DNA of 64,000 nucleotides from Mobula birostris (lineage: Eukaryota): positions 27,273,821 through 27,337,820 of the forward strand of contig NC_092379.1 of assembly GCF_030028105.1 (NCBI RefSeq), given 5' to 3'. This document shows, piece by piece, positions 27,280-38,522 of this stretch. Every line of letters begins with the position of its first letter. Positions within the stretch are counted from its first letter, which is position 1. The notes beneath the pieces were generated by a model. The model searched no databases. It saw only the letters and a list, made by a program, of their open reading frames with translations, and was not told where the DNA came from. The position numbers and the translations under genes were made by a program.

Positions 27280-27501
27280 CAATCTGCGAACTTTCAGTTG
27301 ATTGGCTGTGCTGAGAACAAAGAAGTAGTACAGGATTGTGCATGTGTTAATTGGGTGACTTGGGGGAGCAAATAACTTTATGCAACGTGGATGAGACCAA
27401 TGGTCTCTTAACAAACAAGAACGCTCTCTTTACAAACACTGATATAACTTCCTTGAGAATAAATAGTTTCAGCACAAATCCACAGTGAACAGATCGCAGA
27501 C
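27280..27501 (+). promoter_or_regulatory. Putative V-gene promoter: inverted CCAAT (27301-27305), AACAAAG HMG-box-like site (27316-27322), direct CCAAT (27397-27401)
   Basis: Block aatctgcgaactttcagttgattggctgtgctgagaacaaag is almost identical at 47404-47446, upstream of the paralogous V. Confidence 0.6.
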
Positions 27502-27547
27502 ATGCTCGTCCATTATTTGTTTATTATTGCAGAAGCGCTCCTGATCG
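27502..27547 (+). CDS. Leader exon of TCR alpha/delta-like V gene 1 (MLVHYLFIIAEALLI-G)
   Basis: ATG plus 46 nt encoding a hydrophobic signal peptide, phase-1 donor G|GTAAGT; homologous to 47640-47685. Confidence 0.85.
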
Positions 27548-28024
27548 GTAAGTGTTTCCTACATTGTCAACATCGGCAAGTTTCTCTGACCGTGCACAAC
27601 AAAATAATTTATCGGAATACCAGTAATGCAATATTGACCATGACAGGAAAGGAATTAAGGGTGCGAAAGTAATATGGATTCAAATCTCCTGCAAGAGGCA
27701 ATAGGATGTTTGATGTTTATTTCCAGGCAAACAACAGGCGAATGGCTTCAGATTTTGGTGGGGAAGCGTTGCCTTTGTTTTCCTTCTGAGATGGAATGGG
27801 GACCAGAACTCGCTAATGAAGGCATTTGGAAGTTTTCTTAATACGTTAGTTTCATTCAGCCTTCTATGCCACTCCTGATAATTCATACACACGCAATACT
27901 TCTGCCTCAACTTGTAACACGCACCCCAGACATACAAAGGGACCAGGGGATGTTACGTCGGTATGCGAGTAGAATATTGATATTATTTGACTAAAATTTT
28001 GAAATTATGTTTGGTCTGTAACAG

Positions 28025-28328
28025 GGTATTGCCGAGGTGATGACGTTTATCAGTCACCTGCTGTCACGACAGTCGCGGAAGGGGAAGTTGCCGTGTTAAG
28101 TTGTAACTATACAACAACAAGCGCGAGTCCCGAATTATTCTGGTACCGTCGGTATGCCGGAGGTTCCCTAAAGTTTCTGTTGCACCTTACGAAATTCGTC
28201 AGCTCCCGAGAGAATATCCTCCTGCAACGGTTCACGGCACAGTTGAATGTTTCAAGTAGAACGGTCTCACTGACAGTATCCGAAACACATCTAGAAGACA
28301 CTGCCATGTATTACTGTGCTCTGAGACC
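28025..28328 (+). CDS. V exon of TCR alpha/delta-like V gene 1, open reading frame
   Basis: Acceptor tgtaacAG at 28023-24. Reads GYCRGDDVYQSP..VAVLSCNYT..LFWYRR..QRFTAQLN..SLTVSETHLEDTAMYYCALR, with both V-domain Cys, the conserved Trp and the DTAxYYCAL motif. No stops. Confidence 0.93.
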
Positions 28329-28367
28329 CACAGGGGTACAGAATTACTCTGAACCTGTACAATAACT
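28329..28367 (+). other. Recombination signal sequence, 23-bp spacer
   Basis: CACAGGG + GTACAGAATTACTCTGAACCTGT (23 nt) + ACAATAACT, directly abutting the V coding end. Confidence 0.92.
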
Positions 28368-28710
28368 ACTTGCGTTCTCTATTGGCAGCTGAGTGTAGCC
28401 GCTGCTCTCTGAGCGCCGACAGGCCCTTGATCGACCCTATATGCACTCAAATAACAATATATTTCCTGAGATTATTATGCAGTTGATTGAATCGCCTTAA
28501 GCACGTGACTCCTCAATCTGTTCCAATGGGCATCCGGCCACCAAATTTCCGTCCGTAGTCATTCACACGACAATAGAAACAATAACCTCTCATTGTTGTT
28601 TTTCTTCCCTTCACAATATTTTGAAAAATTGCTTATTTCTCATTGCGGTGGATGCTAGTTATGTTCCAGTATCTACTACTGTAATGAAATCTCACGGTTT
28701 CCGCAATTTA

Positions 28711-31700
28711 TAGAAACATAGAAACATAGAAAATAGGTGCAGGAGTAGTCCATTTGGCCCTTCGAGCCTGCACCGCCATTTGTTATGATCATGGCTGATC
28801 ATCCAACTCAGAACCCCGCCCCAGCCTTCCCTCCATACCCCCTGACCCCCGTAGCCACAAGGGCCATATCTAACTCCCCCTTAAATGCAGCCAATGAACT
28901 GGCCTCAACTGCTTCCTGTGGCAGAGAATTCCACAGATTCACCATTCTCTGTGTGAAGAAGTTTTTCCCAATCTCGGTCCTAAAAGGCTTCCCCTCTATC
29001 CTCAAACTGTGGCCCCTCGTTCTGGACTTCCCCAACATCGGGAACAATCTTTCTGCATCTAGCCTGTCCAATCCCTTTAGGATCTTATACGTTTCAATCA
29101 GATCCCCCCTCAATCTTCTAAATTCCAACGAGTACAAGCCCAGTTCATCCAGTCTTTCTTCATATGAAAGTCCTGTCATCCCAGGAATCAATCTGGTGAA
29201 CCTTCTTTGTACTCCCTCAATGGCAAGGATGTCTTTCCTCAGATTAGGGGACCAAAACTGCACACAATACTCCAGGTGTGGTCTCACCAAGGCCTTGTAC
29301 AAGTACCTCCCTGCTCCTGTACTCGAATCTTTTCGCTATAAATGCCAGCATACCATACGCCTTTTTCACCACCTGCTGTACCTGCATGCCCACTTTCAAT
29401 GACTGGTGTATAATGACACCCAGATCTCGTTGCACCTCCCCTTTTCCTAATCGGCCACCTTTCAGATAATAATCTGTTTTCCTATTTTTGCCACCAAAGT
29501 GGATAACTTCACATTTATCCACATTAAATTGCATCTGCCATGAATTTGCCCACTCACCCAACCTATCCAAGTCACCCTGCATCCTCTTAGCATCCTTCTC
29601 ACAGCTAACACTACCCCCCAGCTTCGTGGCATCCGCAAACTTGGAGATGCTGCATTTAAATCCCTCATCCAAGTCATTAATATATATTGTAAATAACTGG
29701 GGTCCCACCACTGAGCCTTGCGGTACCCCACTAGTCACCGCCTGCCATTCTGAAAAGGTCCCGTTTATTCCCACTCTTTACTTCCTGTCTGCTAACCAAC
29801 TCTCCACCCACACCAATACCTTACCCCCAATACCGTGTGCTTTAAGTTTGCACAGTAATCTCCTGTGTGGGACCTTGTCAAAAGCCTTCTGAAAATCCAA
29901 ATATACCACATCCACAGGTTCTCCCCTATCCACTCTACTAGTTACATCCTCAATTAATTCTATGAGATTCGTCAGACATGATTTTTCTTTCACAAATCCA
30001 TGTTGACTTTGTCCGATCATTTCACCGCTTTCCAAATGTGCTGTTATCACATCCTTGATAACTGACTCCAGCAGTTTCCCCACCACCGACGTTAGGCTAA
30101 CCGGTCTATAATTCCCCGGTTTCTCTCTCCCTCTTTTTTTTTAAAAAAAATTGGAGTTAAATTAGCCACCCTCCAATCCTCAGGAACTAGTCCAGAATCT
30201 AACGAGTTTTGAAAAATTATCACTAATGCATCCACTATTCCTTGGGCTACTTCCTTAAGCATTCTGGGATGCAGACCATCTGGCCCTGGGGATTTATCTG
30301 CCTTCAATCCCTTCAATTTACCTAACACCACTTCCCTACTAACATGTATTTCGCTCAGTTCCTCCATCTCACTGGACCCTCTGTCCCCTACTATTTCTGG
30401 AAGATTATTCATGTCCTCCTTAGTGAAGACAGAACCAAAGTAATTATTCAATTGGTCTGCCATGTCCTTGCTCCCCATAATCAATTCACCTGTTTCTGTC
30501 TGCAGGGGACCTACATTTGTCTTTACCAGTCTCTTCCTTTTTACATATCTATAAAAGCTTTTACAGTCCGTTTTTATGTTCCCTGCCAGTTTTCTCTCAT
30601 AATCTTTTTTCCCATTCCTAATTAAGCCCTTTGACCTCCTCTACTGAACTCTGAATTTCTCCCAGTCCTCAGGTGAGCCACTTACTCTGACTAATTTGTA
30701 TGCTTCTTCTTTGGAATTGATACTATCCCTAATTTCTCTTGTCAGCCACGGGCGCACTACCATCCTTGATTTATTCTTTTGCCAAACTGGGATGAACAAT
30801 TGTTGTAGTTCATCCATGCAACCTTTAAATGCTTGCCATTGCATATCCACCGTCAATCCTTCAAGTGTCATTTGCCAGTCTATCTTAGCTAATTCACGTC
30901 TCATACCTTCAAAGTTACTCCTCTTTAAGTTCAGAACCTTTGTTTCTGAATTAACTATGTCACTCTCCATCTTAATGAAGAATTCCACAATATTATGGTC
31001 ACTCTTACCCAAGGGGACTCTCACGACAAGATTGCTAATTAACCCTTCCTCATTGCTCAAAACCCAGTCCAGAATAGCCTGCTCTCTAGTCGGTTCCTCG
31101 ACATGTTGGTTCAAAAAACCATCCCGCATACATTCCAAGAAATCCTCTTCCTCAGCACCTTTACCAATTTGGTTCACCCAATCTACATGTAGATGAAGTC
31201 ACCCATTATAACTGCTGTTCCTTTATTGCACACATTTCTAATTTCCTGTTTAATACCATCTCCGACCTCACTACTACTGTTAGGTGGCCTGTACACTACT
31301 CCCACCAGCGTCTTCTGCCCCTTAGTGTTACGCAGCTCTACCCATATCGATTCCACATCTTCCCGGCTTATGTCCTTCCTTTCTATTGCGTTAATCTCTT
31401 CTTTAACCAGCAACGCCACCCCACCTGCCCTTCCTTCATCTCTATCCCTCCTGAATATTGAATATCCCTGAACGTTGAGCTCCCATCCCTGGTCACCCTG
31501 GAGCCATGTGTCTGTGATCCCAACTATATCATAATCATTAATAACAATCTGCACTTTCAATTCATCCACCTTATTACGAATGCTCCTTGCATTGACACAC
31601 AAAGCTTTCAGGCGCTCTTTTACAACTCTCTTAGTCCCTATACAATTATGCTGAAAAATGGCCCTTTTTAATGCTTGCCCCGGATTTGTCGGCCTGCCAC

Positions 31701-32042
31701 TTTTACTTTTCCTCATAGTACTTTTTGCTTCTACCCTCACTTTACACCCCTCTGTCTCTCTGTACTGGTTCCCATCCCCCTGTTGTGAACTAACCTCCTC
31801 ACGCTTAGCCTCTTTAATTTGATTCCCACCCCCCAACCATTCTAGCTTAAAGTCACTTCAGTAGCCCCCGCTAATCTCCCTGCCAGGATATTGGTCCCCC
31901 TAGGATTCAAGTGTAACCCGTCCTTTTTGTACAGGTCACGCCTGCGCCAAAAGAGGTCCCAATGATCCAAAAACTTTAATCCCTGCCCCTGCTCCAATCC
32001 CTCAGCCACGCATTTATCCTCCACCTCATCGCATTCCTACCC
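28711..32042 (-). mobile_element. CR1 LINE, 5'-truncated, relatively young (end of ORF1 plus most of ORF2)
   Basis: ORFs 31183..31836 (LCVNARSIRNKVDEL, VGVVYRPPNS), 30641..31177, 30092..30484 (DKSPGPDGLHP), 29778..30086, 29244..29774 and 28808..29302; tagaaaca tail repeats at 28711. Confidence 0.95.
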
Positions 32043-34049
32043 TCATTAATTCCATTTTTTGACATGGCAATTTATGCATTTGTTTTTAATTCTGAATATT
32101 CTTTCAGAGCTATATCGCCGCACAATACTGGAGTTGAAGGTGACTGCAATCTAATATTGACGGAATGTTACATCACGATCTCCAATAGGAAGGGAGCTGA
32201 AATAGATGTTTGCTGCCGCTTACGGGCCAGAGGGAGGGGAGCTGGAGGAGACTTTGGGTTTCTCGCATTTAACTATCATTCATTCTTGGAGGACCCTCTT
32301 CTATTTTCATGGTTAGTTGCAAAGAAAAAAGCATTTCAGGGTGCATATTGTATACATTTCCCTGACTTTAACCGTACCTTTGGAACATTTGAATTAACAA
32401 GTAGATTGGTGCACTGGTACTGGACGAAATTGAATTTTTATTTGCAGCTCATCCTTGATGATACTACTGAACCTGTCGAGGAGGATGTAGTTTACAGAGC
32501 AAGAGTTACTTCTTCTATGCTTACAATTGCACGGCTGACATCTCACTTTTCAGAAAATAACATTAACATCACTCATAATACCATTCAGAAGGAGTTTGAC
32601 TGGCGAGTAACAGAAGCATCGGAGAAAATTTAACGGGAAATGGGCAACATGAGCACAGAACTTTTTTTTTCTTGATACATTATAGGTTAATGGGAAGGCC
32701 TGCCATAGTGTCATTCATGTGAGCAGTCGAAATATCGTGCAATGTATACTTTCATATTCTATGCAGAGTTCGTGCTACCATTATGTTATTATTATGTAAA
32801 TGAACTTTTGTCTTCGGATTATCGGGTAGTTTATGTATGGATCCTGACTACTACGATTTCTAAAGAGTGCTCTGGTGCTTTAACAACAATACATTTTAGT
32901 AAAATCATTTTCCACAATATCACCACGATATTGTGCTCGGCTTAGTGAAGTTATTTTGCTACGTGAATTGGAGCTCGATAGCTAAATTAATGTGCACTGT
33001 ATTTGCAAATTGTTGGCTAACATAAAGTCGGTAAACCATGCGCTTTATGTTAAAGAGTGTCCATTTATTTTGAGTAGCACTGTTTTCCGCTTTCCGTGTT
33101 TATTTAAAGCGGAATTCAATGAGAGCTGATTGTAAACACCCTTTGTTTCGACAATGATTCAACTCCCGGTTTTGCTCTGTCTAGCCACTGATAATCTGTC
33201 GGAATTTCCTTCAAGTGATCTCTTGCTCCAGTGTCTACATGTGAGATTGTTTGTTTTCCCCAATGGTGGCAGTCATTTCTCAGCGCACACTGTGATCGTA
33301 AAAATGTGATATGAAAACAAAAAATCAATTTTGTTCGGGGAAGGGGATTATTAATTAAAGTCGTTTTGCCTAGGGGAATGTTGACAATGTTAACTTCTGT
33401 AATCTTACTTGTGGATGGGAGTTATTGTTTTATGTCCCTTTCATGCCTCAACCATTGCCATCAGTTTCATAAAGGCAAGCTGTAGTTAGATTCATGAGTA
33501 GCTCAAGTGAGCATAACGACGTTGTAATATCAAACAGATAGGGAAAAATGTTATAGAGATTATTTAGTTTAAGCATGTGATTGAGTTTGAAGAACGATGA
33601 TTGCATATGGCCGAACAATTACGTTTAAAAGTACATAATTAATAAACTTAATGTAGAAGTCAGCTGTTTTAATTCATTATATCTGGTGTAGTACCAACTG
33701 AATATGGTCAATGTGAGCAGCGTTGACGTTACAGGAACCGTGTCTGTACGAGGACCAAAATAAGCTGGTTAATTTAATTGAAGCCGGAAGGTGAAATCTC
33801 AGTCCTTGGAGCTCTGTGCAATGTGGCCATTAATGCTTTCTAAGCGGTGTCTCAGAATGGCAGCATCCATTATTAAGGACCTCAAGCACCCACAGGATGC
33901 ACTTTTCACACTGTTACCATCAGGTAGGAGGTACAGAGGCCTCAGGGTACACACTCATCGATTCAAGAGCAGTTTTTTTTTTTTTTCCCCTCTGAAATCG
34001 ATTTCTAAATGGACATTTGAGCTTTGGAGACTAACATCAGTTTTTTTTT

Positions 34050-34720
34050 TAATATATTTTCTTTTTTTTTTCTTTTTCAATATCTTTATTAATTTTCTAC
34101 ATAGGAGAATACAGAGTTCAAGAAAAGAGAACTATATGAATACATTATACAGAATCGCACATACAAACTCCTTACTCTATATTCATACAAATTAATTATT
34201 TCGTAATATTCAGAAATAGCAAATTTATTTATGGAAAAAAAAATCTTAGCCACTACCAAGACCGATGCTGATTAGTAATGAAGAAAAAGGAAACATATAT
34301 ATATATATAAAACATAAGCCACCATCTGTGCTTATTGGCAAATCAAAGGTTTTGAAAATAGCTCTTAAGAGGCCCCCAGAATGTTTGAACGTCTTGATTA
34401 AATTCAGAAATTGAACTCCGAATCTTCTCTACATATAAGAATGGCATGACATCCCGCAGCCATTGAATGTGAGTGGGCGGGACCACGTCATTCCATTTAA
34501 GGAAAAGCACCCTCCTAGCCATAGGAGAAATAAAAGCCAAAATGTGGAAATCAGATTTCTCCAAGATAATATCCTTTCGTCCAACAATAACAAATAAAGC
34601 AATCAAAGGATTAGGCTTAACATTTACTTAAAAAAAAAAGTACCGAGAGGGTTTGAAATACTTCCTTCCAATATTTTCCAAAACCCGGACATGTCCAAAA
34701 CGTATGAATAAGTGAAGCTT
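34050..34720 (-). mobile_element. L1-type LINE 3' end
   Basis: ORF 34343..34606 LAFISPMARRVLFLKWN..PPTHIQWLRDV..EKIR..FWGP resembles the fish L1 ORF2 C-terminus; T-rich stretch on the plus strand corresponds to an A-rich tail. Confidence 0.6.
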
Positions 34721-36974
34721 CTCCATTATTAGTTTTTAAACATAAAGTATTTCCCTTTTTTGCATGTTTTACCTGTTCAAAATGCGTAATTAATATACTT
34801 GTTTATTTATTATTCTGTTGTATAGTTTTTATTTTTTTTTTTCTCTGCCTGATTCTGTATAGCATTAAACTGCTGTTACTAAGTTAACAATTTCCACACA
34901 ACATGCTGGTTATAATAAGCCTTATTCTGATTCTGAATTCTTAACAAAAATATGTAAAACACGTTAAAAATAGTACAATAAAGTGGAAAGAGGCGGACAA
35001 TAATGGAAAATATAGAACATACAATGTCATTGCTACTTCAGGCGAAGAACATTTCGAAAAATATTGCATAACATTGGTTAATAATATCTGATATCGTATA
35101 CCTTCCGAATGCAATAACGACAGACGTAATTGGAAGAGCAACTGCGCCCAGTAAAAGTCTAGTCAAGTGCTAGTGCGACGGAAGCGGTGAAAAGGAATGA
35201 ATACCGACTGAGTCATGGTACGTAGATACACGGAAAGGTATCCGTATTATTTCACTCCGGTATGTCAGGCCATCTAATCTCTTTAGAGTCAGATAATGGC
35301 GAAAGACGGACGTGTTTTCTGAGATTCTTCGTTTTCTGCAGCCCCCAATGATCTCCTTACTTTTCTGATTGTCTCTATGGCTCATACTACAGAAACTGTT
35401 ACAAGTCATTTCATCATTGATTAGATTGAGTATTACGATTGGACCTCCGAATACAATTACTGAAATGGTATTACTCATGGTCAATTATAATGGGCTCTGA
35501 ACCCCAAACTACCTTATCTGTATATCATTCTATTTTTTCAGTGAATGAGAAAAGCATTCTGAACGCATTCAGGAATGTTGCAAAGGTTGAAATTACACTA
35601 CTGTAGGGCAAACAAATATTCCAGTTAATCAGACATTGGGAAAGATTGTAGGTTGAACGGTTATTGTTCACATCCACTTTACACAAACCTGATTACTTCG
35701 CCAATTCCTCAATTGGCTTTGTTTCTCGATCGATCAATCCCTCACCGTTTCCATGTTCCAAAATACAACCAATTAACCTAACGATGGCAGATCCTATAAG
35801 ACCGGACATAAGATACTTGCACTGAGTTGACCATGACGCTGTATATAAGAGACAAAGAGAAAAAAAAAGTATGAGTATTGACTGGAGAGAATACTGTAGG
35901 AAAAGATTGAGATAATATTTACTTCACTGAATATCAATATGTATTATAATTGGATACACCCTCACTGACTGAGGGGAGGAAAATATCTCGCAGAGAACGC
36001 TCCAGATGTAGAATGTAATCACCGTTGGCTTTAGAGTTTAGTAAACATATTCAATCATGAGAATGTCAAAACGTCAACAGTTTCATAAAGGCAAAGTCTA
36101 TTATTGCGAAACCGGGAAATGCTGCCTACCACTAGCAGCCTTACCACTGCTATACATCCTGCTCAGTTTCATCATTGCACATTATGAAAACCCATGTGTC
36201 TTTTACCTAACTGTACACTTCAAACAATTGCATTTTTTTATATATAGCTCCCGCTGGCAGCATGATATCAACCACAATCTAAAAGAATAAAAAGGAAAAA
36301 AAACTGGGCTGCACTTCAGTTATTCTTGAGATATGCCTCCGATCAGCTTAAACCTACCCCTTAATGTGTATAAGTCAAGAATGGACAAACAGGGGATAAC
36401 ATATGCTATCTATTTCGCTGATATTTTGATATACGTTTGACCCGTTACTCTGAAGTTCCTGCGGTTTCAAAGAGAAACAGTTCTCAGATCGAATTTATCC
36501 CGGAAGCTAAATTCACCTGATCTAGACAATATCCCAGGCAATCCAAATATTCGTTGAAAAACATTGAAGAAGGAGACTCCGTTGGCACGTCATCTGATGC
36601 ACGTCATTCGAGGTGAGTTTTGATTTTCAATATACCACAAAATATCAGATGATGTCAACTCCATAAAATGTCCTCCTTTACTCTACTGATTAATATGGAC
36701 CGATGCTGCATGTGATATTCTCTCTCCCTCTCTCGTCTGTATCGAGAAACAGATAATTTGAAAGCAAAATGTTAGCACTGGGAATTTGTTCAAGTGGGGT
36801 TTCAACCCTATGACATTTCAGATTATAAGGAACTTTGTAAGTATTAGAGCTTCGCTCATTGTAAACATGGTCTTAACTCGCAACATTTTTTTTTTCGATC
36901 AGATCCGTTCGTCGCAACAGGTTTGATGCTCTGCGTTTCTGTTTTGTTCCGTTGCTGTTCTGACCCAACATGGG

Positions 36975-37763
36975 CGTCCTGGCACAAAGATACACGGCGG
37001 AATCTGAAATGAGAGACCAAGTGATGCTGAAAGTAAACTGCCGACAATTTCTGCTTAATCGACAAAAAAATCTGTCTGGCAAATCGGGCGATGGTTACTC
37101 GAAATCAGTGCTGAGTTTAAGAGGGAAGCTGGATCTTAGGAGGGATAATAGCGCCTAAGAGCGACTCCTTTGCTTGCATCTTTGGAAAAAGCTCCCCCCC
37201 CCCCCCCCCACAGTTATCATTATTTTTTTTTTTTTCCCATTCAGGGCACTTTTGAAAACCCTGACCTGGAGTTAAACGCGGGGTTCTTTTTTTGTTTGTT
37301 TGTTTGTTTTGCGAGAATGGGACCAGTACTCAGGTTTGCAGGACAGGCCGTTATTCAGCATGCGACGGGTTTTGCCTAAGCGTCTCGAACGTGTTTGGAA
37401 GCCTGAGATCTCGGAGCTAAGAGAAAGCGGGATAGAGGATCGACGTCACTGCAGGAGGGACGTGTGTTGTTGAAGAGGCCAGAAAATATTTCGCTGGGAA
37501 CACCAGGACCTGAGGTCTGTGTGATCTTCGGACACAGAGCTCGAAACAAGAGACGAAACGGACTTGTAACATCGTAATCAACTTTCCAGCCCTTAGCTCC
37601 ATCCGACCCCCTCCGGTCTTCTCTTATCATTTCAGATTTCATCTTCCCGCTTTCAAATCTCTTATTAACTATTCTTTCAGTTAGTTCTAACCAAAGGTCT
37701 CGGCCCGAATCGTCGACTGTACCTCTTTATGTAGATGTTGCCTGGCCCACTGCGTTCAGCAGC

Positions 37764-37796
<33 letters not shown>

Positions 37797-38522
37797 GTGC
37801 GTTGCTTGAATTTCCAGCATCTGCAGGTTTCCTCGTTTTTGTGGTTTTCACATACCGGCGGGATGTTGCGCTGTCTGCCGTTCACTGTGAAAATAGAAGA
37901 CACCTCCCTTTCAATTGCCAGGGAGAGAGAGAACTTGTAGTTTGTCTAATGTCGGATGAAATACGAAGCCTTTAGGGTAACTTTAGACTATGTCGTTGTT
38001 ATCGGTTAGGTCACGCTTGTGCTCAGTATCTGGTGCCCATTTTGTTTGGCCGGTGGAGGAAGGTCGGATTGTTGTTCACTGCCGCTTACGTGCGGTAGGA
38101 GGGAGCTGGTGGGGGTGGGTGGGGGGACTTAGGGGTTGACACGTTTAACAGTTGATGATTATTTGCGGCACTATTCCGTGAACTTTTGCGAACAAAAATG
38201 ATTTCAGGATATATGCTGTAATATTTCAAAATTTGAACGGTTGTTTTCTTTTATTTCAAATTTAGCGCTGTCCCGCGTAACTGACTGTACCAAAGAACAG
38301 TGCCAGAGTCCTTAGCTGCGGAGTAGGTTCAGGTGAGCGTTACCGTTTGTTCTTCCCGAGTCGGCAGTTCAGGCGGTTTCTGGGATAGTCGTTTTTCGCC
38401 ACAGCTCCTGCAAGAAACCGCACAGTAGAAATCAAAGCCAACGTGTGCACACCAAATTTTCAAATTGTATACCCACCTGGAAGTACGAGAATTGCGAACA
38501 TTGCAAGATGTGCAATCTTGTC
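36975..38522 (-). pseudogene. TCR-type V pseudogene (family B), V exon split by a ~1.1 kb insertion
   Basis: Leader-like exon 38522-38477 (..IAHLAMFAILVLP-G|GTGGGT, start ATG lost) and 69-bp intron. 5' half CGEKRLSQKPPEL..VTLT*(Cys to TGA at 38331-38329)..LWYSQLRG to ~38245. 3' half 37118-36975 ..PDLPDRF..FTFSITWSLISDSAVYLCART. Colinear with 41144-40711. Confidence 0.85.
37119..38244. mobile_element. Composite repeat insertion within the V pseudogene, including a nested SINE-like piece at ~37690-37840
   Basis: Interrupts sequence that is contiguous in the 41k paralog. 38130-38215 resembles the repeat at 32255-32370, and 37720-37835 resembles the TSD-flanked insert at 60679-60846. Confidence 0.75.

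Larger units (their letters stand above)
24660..32750 (+). repeat. Segmental duplication copy A around the first V gene (paralog 45975-49080); carries two CR1 insertions absent from copy B
   Basis: Colinear matches: 24800 gccgtttcttgacact / 46120 gtcgtttcttgacact; 26205 tacttttattagaatgggg / 46347 tacttttgttagaatgggg; V gene and RSS; 32480 gaggaggatgtagtttacagag / 48815 gaggaagatgtagtttacagag. Confidence 0.88.

Noticed and set aside
27196-27414. Minus-strand ORF sharing TANQLKV..L.ET with ORF 47367..47561
   Set aside because: The similarity is just the conserved promoter block read antisense, and the rest of the peptides do not align.
27481-27487. Perfect CACAGTG heptamer just upstream of the V1 start codon
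   Set aside because: No nonamer at 12 or 23 nt, and the paralog has CATAGTG. The same applies to isolated heptamers near 5350, 26752 and 54760.
35170-35484. 104-aa minus-strand ORF as a novel gene
   Set aside because: ISVIVFGGPIVILNL..KEIIGG resembles a decayed L1 endonuclease region, it is near the L1 3' remnant, and there is no splice or expression support.
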